A stretch of 51,918 bases of DNA from Chiloscyllium plagiosum (taxonomy: Eukaryota), in NCBI RefSeq assembly GCF_004010195.1, contig NC_057719.1, positions 31,997,982 to 32,049,899 on the forward strand. Reading direction: 5' to 3'. Of this stretch, positions 49,176 to 51,918 are shown one piece after another; positions within the stretch are counted from its first letter, which is position 1, and every line of letters starts with the position of its first letter. The notes beneath the pieces were generated by a model. The model saw nothing but the letters and a program-made list of their open reading frames with translations, did not search any database and was not told the DNA's origin. A program made the translations under genes and the position numbers.

Positions 49176-50890
49176 TGTTATGTCATTGCAGTGATTGGAA
49201 CCAACTGGATCTCACTGATTGAGATCCTTAATTGGGATTGGCCCAATTAGAGAGACTAGGCTGACCAATGTAACCAGGAGACACGACATGGTGCTGGGGA
49301 GAAATAAGCACTACACTGTGTGGCAGTGGGGAGAATTAAAAAAAAAACATGGGATGATTGGATGGACTGTCCTAGAGGTGGCCAGAAGATATTTCAGGGC
49401 AGACCAAGATGTAGAAGGTGTGTCAGGGCAGACTGAGGGCCGGAAGGGGCATGGGTGGACCGAGAGCCGGAAGGTGCATAGGGGCAGGCCGTCTTAGAGT
49501 GGCCGGAAGGTGGGAGGGACGGGGGGCTTGCTCAGTTTCTGGGGGTATTGTACGCACTGTTTTTATGTAACTGGACTGTCTTGTATGTATAAATGTCATT
49601 GTTACTGTTTGTAATGCTTGAAACTGGGATTTGAGGTTTGTCTTCATTTCCTTGAAAACTGGTTGAATGTTGAGGTTTGCGGCTTGGCTTTGCCATTCCT
49701 CTTCCTTTGAAAATTGCCGTATCTCTGTTTACAGCTATAAATGTTAATTATTTTGTAAACTGAATTGTTTAATAAAATATATAGCCAGGAGACACAACAT
49801 GGTGCTGGGGAGAAATAAGCGCTACTACTGGTTAGCAGTAGTGGGGAGGGGGGTGTGGTGGTGGGGAGAATTTTAAAAAAAAACAAGGGATGATTGGATG
49901 GACTCTCCTAGAGGTGGCCAGAAGATATGTCAGGGCAGACCAAGATCTAGAAGGTGTGTCAGGGCAGACTGAGGGCCAGAAGGGGCATGGGGCGGAATGA
50001 GGGCTGGAAGGTGTGTCGGGGCAGACTGAGGGTTGGAAGATTTTTTCAGGGCACATCGAGAGTCGGTAGGGGCATAGGGGCGGGCTGCCTTTGAGTGGCA
50101 GGAATTGGGAGGGTCAGGCCTTTTGCTAGTTTACTAGGAGTGTCTGTGTAATATGCGCTGTTTTATTGTTCAGAAGGTCAGACTGTTTTGTATGTGGGGT
50201 TTGTGTCTCCTGTTTCCTCTTTGGTTAGTTGAGGTGGAATTTGGGGTTCATCCACATTTCCCCAAGAAATGATTGTACAGTGGAGTTTGTGGTTTGGCCT
50301 TGCTCTCCCTTTCCCCTGTAAATAGCTGTTTCTAGTGAACTGCTGTTTATTGTTCACTGTTGACTGCATTTTGTACAGTTTGATAAAATTTAAAAATATA
50401 ACCAGGGATGCCTGGCCAAGCTGGTCATTAACAGGTCCAGTAGTGAGCTGTAAAGGGGACATTATGGCTGATTGCCTGCCCCTCTACCGTGGTTATGTTC
50501 AGGCCCAGGTGTCCCTGGAGACGCAGCAGGCAATGACTACCAATACTCACGATCTTCAGGAAGAGGAGGGCACCGCGGTGGCTGGAATGCTTTGATTTAG
50601 TCTCTACCCTCTCCTTCACTTTTCCTTTCACGCAAGCGTTGCCCAGCTGGGGATCTGCTTGTCACAGGTTCCTTGGCCACATGGGTGTTTTTCCTGGTGG
50701 TGCAATATTAATAAAGTTGTCTACACAACTGGTGCTTTTCATTGTGTCCTGCACCTACACACACATGATATGGGTGCTGGGGAATATAAACACTGCTGCT
50801 ATATGACAAAGAAAAAAAGAATAAACAGATGATCTAGAATCTCTAGTTCAGGGGACAGACTCTGAGCTGACTGGCCACAGTCAGTGTGTA
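49176..50890 (+). mobile_element. Second LTR-like copy split at the same motif by a three-unit Tx1-related array
   Basis: The upstream gctgaccaatgtaaccaggaga (49260-49281) matches 29474-29495. Unit junctions are at ~49271, ~49781 and ~50399. The downstream half resumes at 50820 (gactctgagctgactggccacagtcag). Confidence 0.65.
50408..50819 (+). mobile_element. Tx1-clade LINE ORF2 C-terminus + 3'UTR
   Basis: LAKLVINRS / ADCLPLYRGYVQAQVSLE...WLEC resembles Tx1 ORF2 ends. The 3'UTR is homologous to the array units (ttcctggtggtg...aataaag...tgggtgctgggg). Confidence 0.75.
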
Positions 50891-51691
50891 TTGTTGTTGT
50901 TTCTGTTTTTTGGTGGAAACCTAATTTCTGAACTCGTTGATCTACATGGCTGTTTGTTAACTGGTACTCCATTTTTATTGAGGACTGATTTCTGAACTGG
51001 TTGATCTACACAGTCAATGTGTTACAGGTGTATCTCAGTCCTCATTAGGGAACTGTTCTCTCACTGGCTGGTTACAGCCTGTGTGTTACTCTTTTCTTTT
51101 ACTTTGGGAAAAGGACAATGCCGATTTTATGGCAAGGCTTAGCCCTTGCACTCTGGTTTTCTTTCTTTTTTGCATGTGTTTTCACCCCTTTGGTGTTTAG
51201 ACTGAGCCCCTGTGAGATACTGCATCTTTCCAGATGAGCTGTTCCTGTGTGAGTAGGCCTGCCCTCTATGGGTGGACCAGGCCTCTGTAAAGACTGAACA
51301 CCTGCGTGTGTGTGTGTGTTGGGAGGTCAGCATTTGCTGCCTGTTGCAGTGGACTCTGCCTGTTGGAGTTGACCAAACCCCATGTGAGTTAATTATCTTT
51401 TATAATGAACTGTATTCGTGTGAGTGGGCCTGGTCCTCTGTAGATGGACCAAGACTAGGGAGACTGAAAACCTGTGGGGTGTGCATTTGCTGCCATCAGG
51501 ACTGGACTCTGCATATCAGAGTAGACTCTGCCTTTGGTTGTGGACTCTGTTTCTGGCAATAGACACTGCATACTAGAATGGACTCTCTTCCTGGGAATGA
51601 ATTCTGCATTCTGAAGACCCGGTGTACAGAAGTGAGTCTGTTTGTTGGTAATTGACTCTGTCTTGTTGCTTGTTGGGTTTATCACCTGCAC

Positions 51692-51918
51692 TAGGAGAAA
51701 GTGAGGACTGCAGATGCTGGAGATCAGAGCTGAAAAATGTGTTGCTGGAAAAGCACAGCAGGTCAGGCAGCATCCAAGGAACAGGAGAATTGATGTTTCG
51801 GGCATAAGCCCTTCTTCAGAAGTGAGGAGGGTGTGCCAAGCAGGCTAAGATAAAAGGTAGGGAGGAGGGACTTGGGGGAGGGGCATTGGGAATGCGATAG
51901 GTGGAAGGAGGTTAAGGT
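51692..51918 (-). mobile_element. Penelope-like element 3' end, runs off the window
   Basis: Homologous to 2630-2800 and 12143-12332. Confidence 0.85.
51787..51823 (-). ncRNA. Minimal type I hammerhead ribozyme-like motif (Penelope-associated)
   Basis: The minus strand reads CUGAAGA-A-GGGC-UUAU-GCCC-GAAA-CA-UC. Core and stem II are intact; the CG loop has decayed to CA and stem I is weak. Confidence 0.6.

Overview
Eukaryotic, repeat-saturated, non-coding DNA. It is almost certainly from an elasmobranch (shark): this is inferred from HE1-type V-SINEs and esterase-ORF1 CR1 LINEs. There are three N-gaps. I can support no host protein-coding gene; nearly all ORFs in the track are decayed transposon fragments or their antisense frames. 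Content: two near-full-length decayed CR1 LINEs (13.4-17.6 kb, 35.7-39.6 kb) and many truncated CR1s; Rex/Babar, RTE and probable L2 fragments; five HE1 SINEs; a second tRNA-like SINE whose head and body also form the 5' end of an APE-encoding LINE; many Penelope-like elements carrying decayed minimal hammerhead motifs, often as inverted repeats; a Gypsy remnant with Gmr1-like domain order; and a Tc2-like MITE. The most notable pattern is a Tx1-clade retrotransposon whose 3' ends sit at one motif (ATATAACCAGGAG, the apparent TATA region of an LTR family) at three separate loci, forming a roughly 8-unit head-to-tail array at 29.5-31.4 kb. Family names come from remembered motifs, not database searches, and boundaries are approximate.
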